From positions 704,001-768,000 of the forward strand of contig CAVQEQ010000001.1 in NCBI GenBank assembly GCA_963711565.1: a DNA stretch of 64,000 nucleotides, read 5' to 3'. Source of the stretch: an uncultured delta proteobacterium. Lineage in GTDB: Bacteria; Desulfobacterota; Binatia; Binatales; Binataceae. Below, in pieces: positions 9,034 to 18,279 of the stretch (the stretch's first letter is position 1; each line of letters begins with the position of its first letter). The position numbers and the translations under genes are program-made. The notes beneath the pieces were generated by a model. The model was not told where the DNA came from and did not search any database. It saw nothing but the letters and a program-made list of their open reading frames with translations.

Positions 9034-10551
9034 ATGTTGCAAAGATTACAATTCTCACCTCAAGCGCACGCTGCGGATCAGCGGCGGTCGAGATTCAGCC
9101 ACGATTCGGGAGCTCGAGGACCGCGCGGACTCCTACGATCCATGCCAAGGCTTGGCTTGATCGCGGCTGGCGTCGCCGGCCTGCTGATCCTTGGGCTACT
9201 GAGTCATCCTGCTGGAGGCACGGTGATTGTCCTGGCGATAGCAGCGGCGGGGATTCTGCCGTGGGCAATCTATCGCACGAGCAGTCACGTTTCCTGGGTG
9301 CCGCTTGTGCTCGTGCTGATCGAAGCGGTGGCTGCAAGTTCTTTCGCTGCCACCTCGGATTACCAATTGGGTGCCCTTGTCCGATATCCACTTGGGTTCC
9401 TATTCATTTCGCCGTTTCTTTCCTCCCTGTGGAAATCGGGGATTCTGGGCAAGGGAGGATTTCGCGACTACGCAATATATCTGATTTGGGCGCTGGTCAG
9501 CGTGTCCTATTCGATCCTGCCGGAGGTCTCAATCGCCAGGGTATTCGCCGCTGCAATCCCATTTTGCGCGTTCTGCGCAATAGCCGTAGAAGTAAGAAGC
9601 GGCGATGATGCGCGGCGCGTGATGGGAGTTCTTCTCACTGGTTGCGGAATTGTTGTCGCAGCCAACTACCTTGCCATGTTGATTCCAGGCAACACGGCCT
9701 GGCAGTTGGATACCGATGCCGGAATGCTGCGCTTCGTCGGATTTCTTACCGAGCCCAATGAGATCGGCAACTTGACGCTGGCCACGCTGGGCGCGGGTTT
9801 CGGCTATTGGCCGCTAGCGAGCGGACGGAAAAAGGTGCTAGTCGCCCTGGCGATGATTGGCGCGTTGGTGCAGGTCCTGATGGCAGACTCGCGCTCGCCG
9901 CTCGTCGGGATCGCAATCGGATGCGCTCTTTACATGCTGTTTAAGTATCGAGCCAAAGGCGCGATCGGCATTGCCGTCCTGTATGTAATCTTCTACATGT
10001 CGACCTTCGCGATTCCCTCGATCCACGCTTACATGGATCGGGGCGACGTCGCGAGCTTTACGGGACGCCAGGTCGCATGGGATTTTGCCGTTCATAGCAT
10101 CAGGCAGAGTCCGCTTTTGGGCTATGGCTACGAGGTCGAGGGTCAAATCCTTAAGAATCCGTATTTTCCGGGTTGGGATGAGGTCTGGAACCTGGGCTAC
10201 CAGACATCTCTGCACGACGGTTATGTGTCCCGCGCTATAGGTCTCGGCGTGCCGGCGTTGCTGTTTTGGTTGTTCCTTACGCTGCGACCGGCGATCAGTT
10301 GTCTTTTCTCCAAGCGCGACCCGTGGCGGTTAAGATCGATCGTGCCACTCGCACTGTTGCCCGTACTGATCTTGAATTTCACGGAATCGATTTCAGACTT
10401 CCGCTCCTTCGCCGGCCTTCTGATGGCATTGTCATGGACGATTCTCGAGCGCGAAAGACTCTTCGCCAAGGCAGAAGCCGCGCTACGAGTGAAATCAGTG
10501 GAGGCGGAAAAGACTCCCTTAGTGCGAGCCTTGCAGGCAGGTACCGTATGA
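9034..10551 (+). CDS. O-antigen ligase / Wzy-type polymerase family membrane protein
   Basis: Many TM helices; EPN, SRS, FTGR..W, PLLGYGY and LHDGY motifs; start codon uncertain. Confidence 0.85.
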   Translation: MLQRLQFSPQAHAADQRRSRFSHDSGARGPRGLLRSMPRLGLIAAGVAGLLILGLLSHPAGGTVIVLAIAAAGILPWAIYRTSSHVSWVPLVLVLIEAVAASSFAATSDYQLGALVRYPLGFLFISPFLSSLWKSGILGKGGFRDYAIYLIWALVSVSYSILPEVSIARVFAAAIPFCAFCAIAVEVRSGDDARRVMGVLLTGCGIVVAANYLAMLIPGNTAWQLDTDAGMLRFVGFLTEPNEIGNLTLATLGAGFGYWPLASGRKKVLVALAMIGALVQVLMADSRSPLVGIAIGCALYMLFKYRAKGAIGIAVLYVIFYMSTFAIPSIHAYMDRGDVASFTGRQVAWDFAVHSIRQSPLLGYGYEVEGQILKNPYFPGWDEVWNLGYQTSLHDGYVSRAIGLGVPALLFWLFLTLRPAISCLFSKRDPWRLRSIVPLALLPVLILNFTESISDFRSFAGLLMALSWTILERERLFAKAEAALRVKSVEAEKTPLVRALQAGTV

Positions 10552-11375
10552 CACGAACCACCGTTATCAAAGTCCTGGCTTGCGCCAGCGGCGCGGTGGT
10601 TGTGCTATTCATTCTGTCGCGGCCTTCTACTTCCTCTTTGACGCCTGCGACTTCGATTCCTTATTTTTCACTGCGGCCGAGTGGAACGCAGCTGCCATCG
10701 GGAAGCAGGTGCGCGACAGCCGTCGTGGGCGACAGGTTTGAGCCTCAGCCCGGGAACGCCGAACCGAATAGCATCACGCCAACCGCGTCGGACCTGGCCA
10801 CTTACCAATCCGAGGTTGCCCGCGGCGAAGGTGGCGCTCCCGGAAACTATCTTACCCGAGTGGATGGCCAGTTCACCGGTAGTACCGACGCGATTCTCAA
10901 GTGGGCGTCGTGCAAGTGGGGCTTCGACGAAAACGTGACGCGCGCCACCGCGGTCAACGAGACTCATTGGCGCCAGCTCGAGCTCGGGGACATTGGCAAT
11001 GGGACGAGCATCGGAATTCTACAAATCAAGTCTCGCGACTATCCTTCGAGCTGCGAAGCGGTCGCATCAAGCCAGCATACTGCCGATGTCACGAACCCGG
11101 ATTGTTACTCGTACCTGAGTACAGCCTTTGCCGCTGATTACAAGCTGGCTCAGCAGCGAGCATGCTTCGACGGTAAAATCGACTATCTGAGGGATGATAG
11201 TCCATCCGCCGGATATCCGTCCTATCCCGATGGGACGCCGGAGGAGATGATGTGGGGATGCGTAGGATGGTGGTTCTCTGGACATTGGTTCGATTCGGAT
11301 GCGTTATCCTACATATCGCAAGTTCAATTCTATCTGAATGACCAGGCATGGTTGCACCTGGCCACTGCAGAATAG
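10548..11375 (+). CDS. Membrane-anchored lysozyme/lytic-transglycosylase-like protein
   Basis: ATG overlaps the upstream stop; N-terminal TM; WASCKWGFDENVTRATAVNETHW...GILQI (SLT-like E-S/T and GxxQ motifs). Confidence 0.65.
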   Translation: MTRTTVIKVLACASGAVVVLFILSRPSTSSLTPATSIPYFSLRPSGTQLPSGSRCATAVVGDRFEPQPGNAEPNSITPTASDLATYQSEVARGEGGAPGNYLTRVDGQFTGSTDAILKWASCKWGFDENVTRATAVNETHWRQLELGDIGNGTSIGILQIKSRDYPSSCEAVASSQHTADVTNPDCYSYLSTAFAADYKLAQQRACFDGKIDYLRDDSPSAGYPSYPDGTPEEMMWGCVGWWFSGHWFDSDALSYISQVQFYLNDQAWLHLATAE

Positions 11376-11434
11376 GATCGAAGCTCATGAGTTCGAACTT
11401 GGTGTTGTCAAAGACCCATCGCTCTGGGCGCTAA

Positions 11435-11484
11435 TTGTAAAATATACAAAATTGTAATTCCTACCAGGTCTGGAAAATATACAA
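11435..11484. promoter_or_regulatory. Cluster of TGT-N7-ACA-like palindromic sites (candidate enhancers)
   Basis: TTGTAAAATATACAA (11435), TTGTAATTCCTACCA (11452), CTGGAAAATATACAA (11470). Confidence 0.5.
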
Positions 11485-11906
11485 AATAAGATTTGAGTCG
11501 CGCTTGAAAAAGTTGAACGAACATTATGCCTCTGCTAATGTTCGCGGCGCGGTGAGTCGTGGCGCCGCAGACATTAGTTTAGGTCCAAGCGCGCGGGTCT
11601 CTTCGTCATTCGGCACCCCACCATAATCGGCCCGGTTTGGGCATAGTTGGCAATTCAAAACGCGAGGGGAGTTTCAGACTCTGAGGCTGTGAGTCCAGGT
11701 CATCTGGGGAGAGACCTGTGCGGATAGGGTTTCGTTTTCAGGCCTGCTAAGGCATCACGCCACTGAAATAGCCCGCGCCTTAGCGCGGAAGCGTGTCGGC
11801 GTTAGGCCGGCGAACGGTGAGGAGTACTCCTCCACCTTCATCGCCGAAGCCGGCGCGGCACTGTCCGCGAGACATATTTGCGCACGCCTGGGGAGGGCGA
11901 TGTTTT

Positions 11907-13364
11907 ATGCGCGGATTGAAAGACGGGTATGGTCTTGCGGGTTTAATCGTAATTCTCGTTTGCGGCTTCCTGGTGCTCGATCTGGGTGGCCCTATGAAAG
12001 CGGCCGCCAGCCCGGTGAAGATCACTTCGCCCGCGGGTGGCAGCGTGGTGAGCGGCACGGTGCCGATCTCTCTCTCGATGAAGTCCAAGGTCTCATTCGC
12101 GAACGTATACGTAGACGGCATATATCTCGCTTCGACCCCAGCCGCAATTTCGTGGTTATCAACCAATGCCGCCAACGGCATTCATACAATTTTAGCCGAA
12201 GGCTACGACTCAACCAGTCAACTGGTTGGAACTTCCTCCAAAAAAGTCCGCGTAAAAAACGAACCGACTCCGACCGCGACACCCACGCCGAGCGCAGGAG
12301 TGACGATTTCGTCGCCGAAGAGCGGCGCGACGGTTTCCAGCACGGTGTCTATTGTGGTGCAAAACGTCGAACCGGTCAGTTGGGTTAATTTCTACGTCGA
12401 TGGGACCTGGGTCGCGTCTTCTCCTCCGTTCACCCTCTCCTGGAATTCGGCAAGCGTGGCGAACGGCGAGCACACCATCACGGTCAACGGATACAACGAC
12501 AGTAACGGATTAATCGCGACCGCCGCCATGAACTTGAACGTTAAAAATGGTTCGGCAACCCCCACTCCCGCCCCTTCTCCAACTCCGGCGCCGAGCGGCA
12601 GTCCGACCCCGAAGCCCACCGCCAGTCCGTCGGCGACCGCCACTCCTTACTACTCACTCTTGCCGAGTGGCTCAGCTCTGCCGTCCGATAGCACCTGCGC
12701 CTCCGGTGCTGCGAGCGACACCTTCGAGCCAGTGCCCGCAAACGCCACATACAACAACACCATGCCGACTGCATCTGACATGACCACTTACAAGTCCGAG
12801 GCCACTGACGGTGAAGGCGGGGCTCCAGGGAGTTACCTGGTGCGCGCGGATGGCCAGTTCACCGGCACTACCGATGCGATTCTCAAGTGGGCGTCATGTA
12901 AGTGGGGCTTTGACGAGAACGTGACGCGAGCTACCGCGGTCAACGAGACTCATTGGATTCAGAACCATATCGGAGACATCGGCAACGGCACGAGCCTGGG
13001 AATCCTCCAAATCAAGTCGTCCGATTATCCATCCACCTGCGAAGCGGTCGCGTCGAGCCAGGATACTTCGGACGTGACCGATCCTAATTGCTATTCGTAC
13101 CTCAGCACGGCCTTTGCAGCTGATTATAAGCTGGCCCAGCAAAGAGCATGTTTCGAAGGCCAGGTCAGCTACCTAACGTCGGAAACACCGACCGCAGGAT
13201 ACCCGACTTATCCGAACGGTACATCTGAGCAAATGATGTGGGGGTGCGTTGGATGGTGGTACTCGGGGAGTTGGTACGATTCAGGCGCTTTGAGCTACAT
13301 ATCGCAAGTTCAAGGATACCTGGCGGCCGAGACTTGGTTGCAACCCGGAGGAGTAGGAGAATAG
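11907..13364 (+). CDS. Secreted protein: two Ig-like (Big) domains, Pro/Thr linker, lysozyme-like domain
   Basis: V.I.SP..G..VS.TV.I repeats; (PT)n linker; C-terminal domain closely paralogous to 10548-11375. Confidence 0.8.
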   Translation: MRGLKDGYGLAGLIVILVCGFLVLDLGGPMKAAASPVKITSPAGGSVVSGTVPISLSMKSKVSFANVYVDGIYLASTPAAISWLSTNAANGIHTILAEGYDSTSQLVGTSSKKVRVKNEPTPTATPTPSAGVTISSPKSGATVSSTVSIVVQNVEPVSWVNFYVDGTWVASSPPFTLSWNSASVANGEHTITVNGYNDSNGLIATAAMNLNVKNGSATPTPAPSPTPAPSGSPTPKPTASPSATATPYYSLLPSGSALPSDSTCASGAASDTFEPVPANATYNNTMPTASDMTTYKSEATDGEGGAPGSYLVRADGQFTGTTDAILKWASCKWGFDENVTRATAVNETHWIQNHIGDIGNGTSLGILQIKSSDYPSTCEAVASSQDTSDVTDPNCYSYLSTAFAADYKLAQQRACFEGQVSYLTSETPTAGYPTYPNGTSEQMMWGCVGWWYSGSWYDSGALSYISQVQGYLAAETWLQPGGVGE

Positions 13365-13426
13365 CGCTTCCGTAAGATTGTAATGCTAACGACGGCTATC
13401 GGAGAAAGGTCGTCGAAGTGGAAATG

Positions 13427-13479
13427 GAACGGGCTTGTCGCTGAATTTGTAATAACTACAATTCAGCGCGGGCCCGTTC
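13427..13479. promoter_or_regulatory. Long inverted repeat with a TGT-N7-ACA core (terminator and/or enhancer)
   Basis: GAACGGGC..CGCTGAA-TTTGTAATAACTACAA-TTCAGCG..GCCCGTTC. Confidence 0.5.
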
Positions 13480-13653
13480 GTCTTTCAGAATGACACGATA
13501 CTCTCCATCGCGCTGATTCTGTAACCAAGTCTTATCCCCTGATCATCTTATCGCCGATTCAGCAGCCCGACTCGGCTTGTAATCATTTCACAGTACGCGC
13601 AGCCCATCAGACCCGACGCTCCCATTTCCGCACCCTTTCGGATCGATCGGCAA

Positions 13654-13668
13654 TGGCACGCGAGTTGC
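13654..13668 (+). promoter_or_regulatory. sigma54 promoter of the main EPS operon
   Basis: TGGCACGCGAGTTGC, perfect consensus. Confidence 0.85.
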
Positions 13669-13775
13669 CATTGGTAGTCCGAGCGCGCACGCAAATGCTG
13701 GCGCTGAATCAGTGGGCGGGTTTTGACCTATCGAGAGAGCCGATCTCGCTGGAATTCTTGAGGATGCGTGAGACC

Positions 13776-14564
13776 ATGGCACTCAATCGTGGAATTCGGG
13801 ACAGGATTTCAAACCACACGAAGCTGGCCGCCTGGGCGATGGTGATAGCTGTCGCAGTCGGCGGATGCTCCGCGGGAAATAGCAAGAGTCAGAGCGAGCG
13901 CGACCAATTCGCGTCGAAGCCGATGACGCCCGAGCAGTGTGCGGCCAACGCCGACATCGAAAAGAGCGCGGAGAGCGCGCCGCAGCAGGACTCCGACTAT
14001 CGCATTCAGCCGGGCGATCAACTCGCGCTCGACTTCTACATGAACTCCGAGTTCAACGACACCGCCACCGTAGATCCAAACGGCAAAATCGAACTGCGGA
14101 TGGTTGGTCCGGTGCAAGCCGCCGGCCTGACGCCGAGTCAATTGGCCAAGTCAATCGACAATGCTTACCGCAACGAGCTCCGAAATCCGGGCGCGGTGGT
14201 TCACCTCAACAACCTGCCGAGCAGACAGATCTATGTAGAAGGTGAAGTCCAGAAACCCGGCGGCTTTCCGCTGCAACCTGGAATGACCGCGGTGCAGGCG
14301 CTGGCGCTGGCTGGCGGAGTGACTGACAGCTCAGATCCGCAGAGCGCCGTCCTGATTCGCCGCGACGCCTGCGGACAGCCGCAAGGAACCAAGATCGATC
14401 TGGCAGCGGTTACCAGCAATCCGGGCTCCGCAGACAACGTCGCCTTGATGCCGCGTGACGTGGTGGTCGTGCCGAAGAGCGGGATTGCGAATGCGGATCT
14501 GTGGGTTAAGCAACACATAAGAGACATTCTGCCGGTGGAACCATACATATCTCCTACTTTTTAG
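13776..14564 (+). CDS. wza: Polysaccharide export lipoprotein (Wza/OPX family)
   Basis: Lipobox VGGC; YRIQPGD Poly_export domain; SLBB motif V.GEV.KPG. Confidence 0.9.
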   Translation: MALNRGIRDRISNHTKLAAWAMVIAVAVGGCSAGNSKSQSERDQFASKPMTPEQCAANADIEKSAESAPQQDSDYRIQPGDQLALDFYMNSEFNDTATVDPNGKIELRMVGPVQAAGLTPSQLAKSIDNAYRNELRNPGAVVHLNNLPSRQIYVEGEVQKPGGFPLQPGMTAVQALALAGGVTDSSDPQSAVLIRRDACGQPQGTKIDLAAVTSNPGSADNVALMPRDVVVVPKSGIANADLWVKQHIRDILPVEPYISPTF

Positions 14565-14596
14565 CTGATGAACCTTGGCTGGGAATCGATAAGAGT

Positions 14597-16114
14597 ATGT
14601 TGCCAATTAACTACAGAGACTATGTGGAGCTTATCTATCGACGCCGCCGGACCGCTCTTATTGCCGGCTTGACAGTCTTTGGCGTCGTTGCGGTCGGAAC
14701 ACTTCTATGGCCGCCCGTCTATTCGTCGAACTGCCAGGTATTGGTTCAGGATAATCGCGCGCAGTTGCTCGTGTCGCCGGACCTGCAGGTCAATGCGCCG
14801 CAAAATTCCGGCTCGGTCAGCAATCCAGTAAGCGAACAGGACCTCAACTCGGAACGCGAGTTGATTACCAGCCTGTACCTGGTCCGGCTGGCGCTGCAGG
14901 ACCTTCCCGTTCCTCCCGCATATGCGCATCGCTCGGGCATGGCAGTGGCTGCCGTTAAGAGCGCACTGCTGCTGCCGCTACACGGCTATCAGACACTGCA
15001 TGACATTCCGAATCTCACTCCACGGGACGCGTGGGCGATGGATATCGTGCGCAACCTCGATGCGTCTGTCATCAAGCGCTCCAACATCATCGATGTCGAA
15101 TTTCACTCGCACGACCGTCGTTGGACGAAAGACTTTCTGGACCGGTTGATGAGCCGGTACCTGGAGTTCCACGCCAGTTTGTCGCATGACCCTCAGGCTG
15201 AGAAATTCTACGAGCAGCAAACCCAACTGCTGAAGGATCGGCTCGATCAATCCGAGGCGAAGCTGCGCGATTATCAGCTCAAGACTGGCATCAGCAATCT
15301 CGACGAACAAAAGCGCGTACTCATCGGCCGCATTTCCGACCTGCAAAATACGGCTGCCAAAACCGACGCGGAGATTTCTGGAAACCAGCAGCAGGCATCA
15401 GCCTTCCAGTCGCAGTTGAGCAGCACGCCGGAGCGTATTCAGAAGGAGACCCATCAGGTTCAGGATCTGGCCTTGCAGCAATTGAAACCTCAGGTGATGC
15501 AGCTGCGCGCGGAAAAGGCCGAGCTACTCACGCGCTATCAGCCGGGTAGCGAGCGAATCAAGGAGATCGACGCCAAGCTGGCGGCCGAGGAGGCCATCCT
15601 CGACAAGGAAAATCACCTCGAGGTCAACGAGCAGCTCACTGACGTGAATCCGGTCTGGATCACGGAGCAGACCGATCTTAAGCAAGCGAGCGCCGCGGCG
15701 GCCTCGGGAAAAGCCTCTCGCGATGAGCTCAATGTAGAGATTGGCGCCGCAAATCAGCAACTCGCGGCCCTTGTAAATAATGGCGTCGAGTTCCAGCGTC
15801 TGCAGCGCCAGGCGACCTCGGATTCCGATGCCTACCAGGTTTACGTTCGCAAGACCGAAGAGGCGCGCGCGTCCGAAGCGCTGAACAGCAACAAGCTTCT
15901 CAACGTCAGCGTGGCGCAGCCGCCGATTGACCCTGTCGTGCCGTCGTTTCCCAGCGTCCCGTTCAACCTGCTCGTCGGTCTTGTGCTCGCAACTCTTTTC
16001 GGAGCCGGTGCGGCTTACTGGGCGGAAGAAGTCGATCCGAAAATTTATTCTTCCGGCGTCGTTAGCGAACTGACCGGACTGCCGATTGTCGCAGTCCTGA
16101 GCGACCGGGTGTAA
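14597..16114 (+). CDS. Polysaccharide co-polymerase (GumC/Wzc N-terminal domain, no kinase domain)
   Basis: Two TMs flanking a long coiled coil; RY.P.S motif; ends GLPIVAVL. Confidence 0.85.
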   Translation: MLPINYRDYVELIYRRRRTALIAGLTVFGVVAVGTLLWPPVYSSNCQVLVQDNRAQLLVSPDLQVNAPQNSGSVSNPVSEQDLNSERELITSLYLVRLALQDLPVPPAYAHRSGMAVAAVKSALLLPLHGYQTLHDIPNLTPRDAWAMDIVRNLDASVIKRSNIIDVEFHSHDRRWTKDFLDRLMSRYLEFHASLSHDPQAEKFYEQQTQLLKDRLDQSEAKLRDYQLKTGISNLDEQKRVLIGRISDLQNTAAKTDAEISGNQQQASAFQSQLSSTPERIQKETHQVQDLALQQLKPQVMQLRAEKAELLTRYQPGSERIKEIDAKLAAEEAILDKENHLEVNEQLTDVNPVWITEQTDLKQASAAAASGKASRDELNVEIGAANQQLAALVNNGVEFQRLQRQATSDSDAYQVYVRKTEEARASEALNSNKLLNVSVAQPPIDPVVPSFPSVPFNLLVGLVLATLFGAGAAYWAEEVDPKIYSSGVVSELTGLPIVAVLSDRV

Positions 16115-16119
16115 CGGCC

Positions 16120-17448
16120 ATGTATTACGAGCACTTCGGACTCGATGGACCGCCGTTTCGCTTCTCGTCGTCCGCGGCAGCTCTATATCTCAGCGTCACT
16201 CATCGCGAATGCCTTGCCGCGCTGGAATGGGGGCTGCTGCATGATCAATGCGGATTCATGCTGCTGACCGGCGAAACCGGCACCGGTAAGACCACGCTGC
16301 TGAATGCGGTTTTCGCGCGCCGACTCCCGAACCTTCACCTGGCCTGCGTAACCAATCCGAGGCTCAGCTTCGAGGAAATTCTTCGCGTTGTGCTGCCGCA
16401 GCTGGGAGTGACGACCAACGAACGGGGCAAGCTGGAATTGATCCAGGCGCTCGAACGCGCGGTGGCAAATCAGCCTGAAGGTCATCGCACTGCAATTGTA
16501 ATCGATGAGGCCCAGGTTCTCAGCGACGAGAGTCTCGAAGACTTTCGCCTGCTCGCGAACCGTATCGGTTCGCAGGATCGCGATCTCCAGATTGTTCTGA
16601 TGGGGCATCCTGAGATGATCGAGCGGCTGTCGGCGCATAACTTGAGGCAGCTGCGGGAACGAATCTCGACCAACGTGTCCCTGCTTCCGCTCAGCCGGAC
16701 TGAGAGCATCGCATATGTTTACTACCGACTAGAGTCGCAAAATGGAACGCCGCGGATCTTCGACGCTGATGCCCTGCGCCTCCTTGTCGATGCCGCCGCC
16801 GGAATTCCCAGGCGTCTCAACGTTCTATGCCACAACTCCCTGGTTCTCGCGTATTCGAAAAGCGCGGGCACAGTAACACGGAGCATCGCGCGAGAAGTCA
16901 TCGAGGACAACGCGAGCATCATCCGCCCATGCGTGCGTCAGAAGCGGCCCATCGTGCCCCGCCGTGCGGAGCCTGCCATTCGCCCGCCGACAACGCTGAT
17001 ACGTGCTGCTGGTTTGTGCGCCGCAGTTGCCGTCGTTGGGATGGGCGCCGTCCTTCTACCGGCGGCGCACGATTGGGCGGGCCGGTTCAATCACTCGATT
17101 CCGCCGGTTGCAGACGCCGCGTCGCCGGCTCCTCCGCAAGCTCCTTCCGAGCACGTTGCAGAAGATAAGCCCGTCGCGGCGTCGCCTGGCTACGCAACGT
17201 CCATCGCCAATACCTCTGCCGCGACGATGCAGAGTCAACCAGAGACTGCGCCTCATCAGACGCCGATTCACATTCAAGCAGGCGACACGTTTCACGATCT
17301 GGCCGCCAAGTACCTCGGCTCCAAAGATCGGACCCCCGATTTGATCAAGGCCAATCCGCAAATACCCGATCCGAATGTTCTCTATATCGGCGAGACCGTC
17401 TACTTGCCTTCAACCCGTAGCAACGACCAAGCGAGAGCAGTGCGGTGA
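16120..17448 (+). CDS. ExeA-like AAA ATPase with C-terminal LysM domain
   Basis: MYYEHFGL..PF, GETGTGKT, IVIDEAQ, GIPRRLNVLC; TM; LysM IQAGDT....A..Y.G...LIKANPQI.DPN.L.IG. Confidence 0.85.
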   Translation: MYYEHFGLDGPPFRFSSSAAALYLSVTHRECLAALEWGLLHDQCGFMLLTGETGTGKTTLLNAVFARRLPNLHLACVTNPRLSFEEILRVVLPQLGVTTNERGKLELIQALERAVANQPEGHRTAIVIDEAQVLSDESLEDFRLLANRIGSQDRDLQIVLMGHPEMIERLSAHNLRQLRERISTNVSLLPLSRTESIAYVYYRLESQNGTPRIFDADALRLLVDAAAGIPRRLNVLCHNSLVLAYSKSAGTVTRSIAREVIEDNASIIRPCVRQKRPIVPRRAEPAIRPPTTLIRAAGLCAAVAVVGMGAVLLPAAHDWAGRFNHSIPPVADAASPAPPQAPSEHVAEDKPVAASPGYATSIANTSAATMQSQPETAPHQTPIHIQAGDTFHDLAAKYLGSKDRTPDLIKANPQIPDPNVLYIGETVYLPSTRSNDQARAVR

Positions 17449-18248
17449 GCAAATACTACGACCTAATCAATCGAAACGCGGCCGTCATCCGGGAACCGCT
17501 ACCATCGCCCCGCGAGCGTGCGAAGCTCGTTGCGAAAACGCGAGAGCTGGTCGAGCAATCGCTGCGCGAAGTCACGCCGAGGCCCGCCGCACTTGCGGAC
17601 ACGTTCTTGCCCAAGCCGATCGAGCATGATTTGCCGACGATGCTGGCGCGGCAGGACGCTATTCGCCAGTTGAGCGAGCGGATGGCGCCGACTGCGGCGG
17701 TGGAAAAATCGTGCAGGGTCGCCATCTCAGGATGCCGTCCGCGCGACGGCGCATCCTCAATCGCTGCCGCGTTGGCGTTGGATCTCAGCCAGCGGCTTTC
17801 CATGCGCACAATCCTGGTGGACGCAAATCTCCAGAGTCCCAGCCTGCACGGCGTGATATCGCCGTCGGAGCGGGTGACACAGATCACGTTGGACGGTTCT
17901 CTGCAACTTCGCACCACCGGATGGTCGCGTTTGACGCTGGCGACTTGCTGTATGCAGGGCGACGACGATCAGCGCGACGCGGTGATCGCGGAACTAAGCA
18001 CCGTCCTCAGCACTTTTCCCGCCGCCGTGATCGATCTCGGAGTCGCGCGGCTCGATCCGCGAACGTTGCCGCTGATGCGTCCGACCGATCCGATCTTGCT
18101 GGTGATCCGCTACGGCCAGACCGAACGCAAGGAGCTCGAGACCACGGCAGCCGCACTGCGCGTAGCCGATCGAACAGTCGCGGGCGTGATTATGAATGCG
18201 CGACCGCCGCGGCTGCGAACATCTTCGGCAGAGTACCTGCAGCATTAA
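17445..18248 (+). CDS. CpsD/CapB-like P-loop protein with degenerate Walker A
   Basis: ISGCRPRDGASSIA, ILVDANL..PSLH, VIDLG, VAGVIMN. Confidence 0.7.
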   Translation: MSKYYDLINRNAAVIREPLPSPRERAKLVAKTRELVEQSLREVTPRPAALADTFLPKPIEHDLPTMLARQDAIRQLSERMAPTAAVEKSCRVAISGCRPRDGASSIAAALALDLSQRLSMRTILVDANLQSPSLHGVISPSERVTQITLDGSLQLRTTGWSRLTLATCCMQGDDDQRDAVIAELSTVLSTFPAAVIDLGVARLDPRTLPLMRPTDPILLVIRYGQTERKELETTAAALRVADRTVAGVIMNARPPRLRTSSAEYLQH

Positions 18249-18279
18249 TGACTTCATCCCAATCGACGAGGATAACCCG

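Noticed and set aside
11660-11830. ydaO (c-di-AMP) or c-di-GMP riboswitch call
   Set aside because: Only a partial TGGGG...TAGGG resemblance; the conserved 3' core of ydaO and the GEMM motifs are absent, so it is kept only as an unassigned candidate
13653-13775. N-terminal extensions in the ORF track (also 10266, 11793, 19667, 32165, 57876)
   Set aside because: They overlap promoters or upstream genes; downstream starts with an RBS or stop/start coupling fit better
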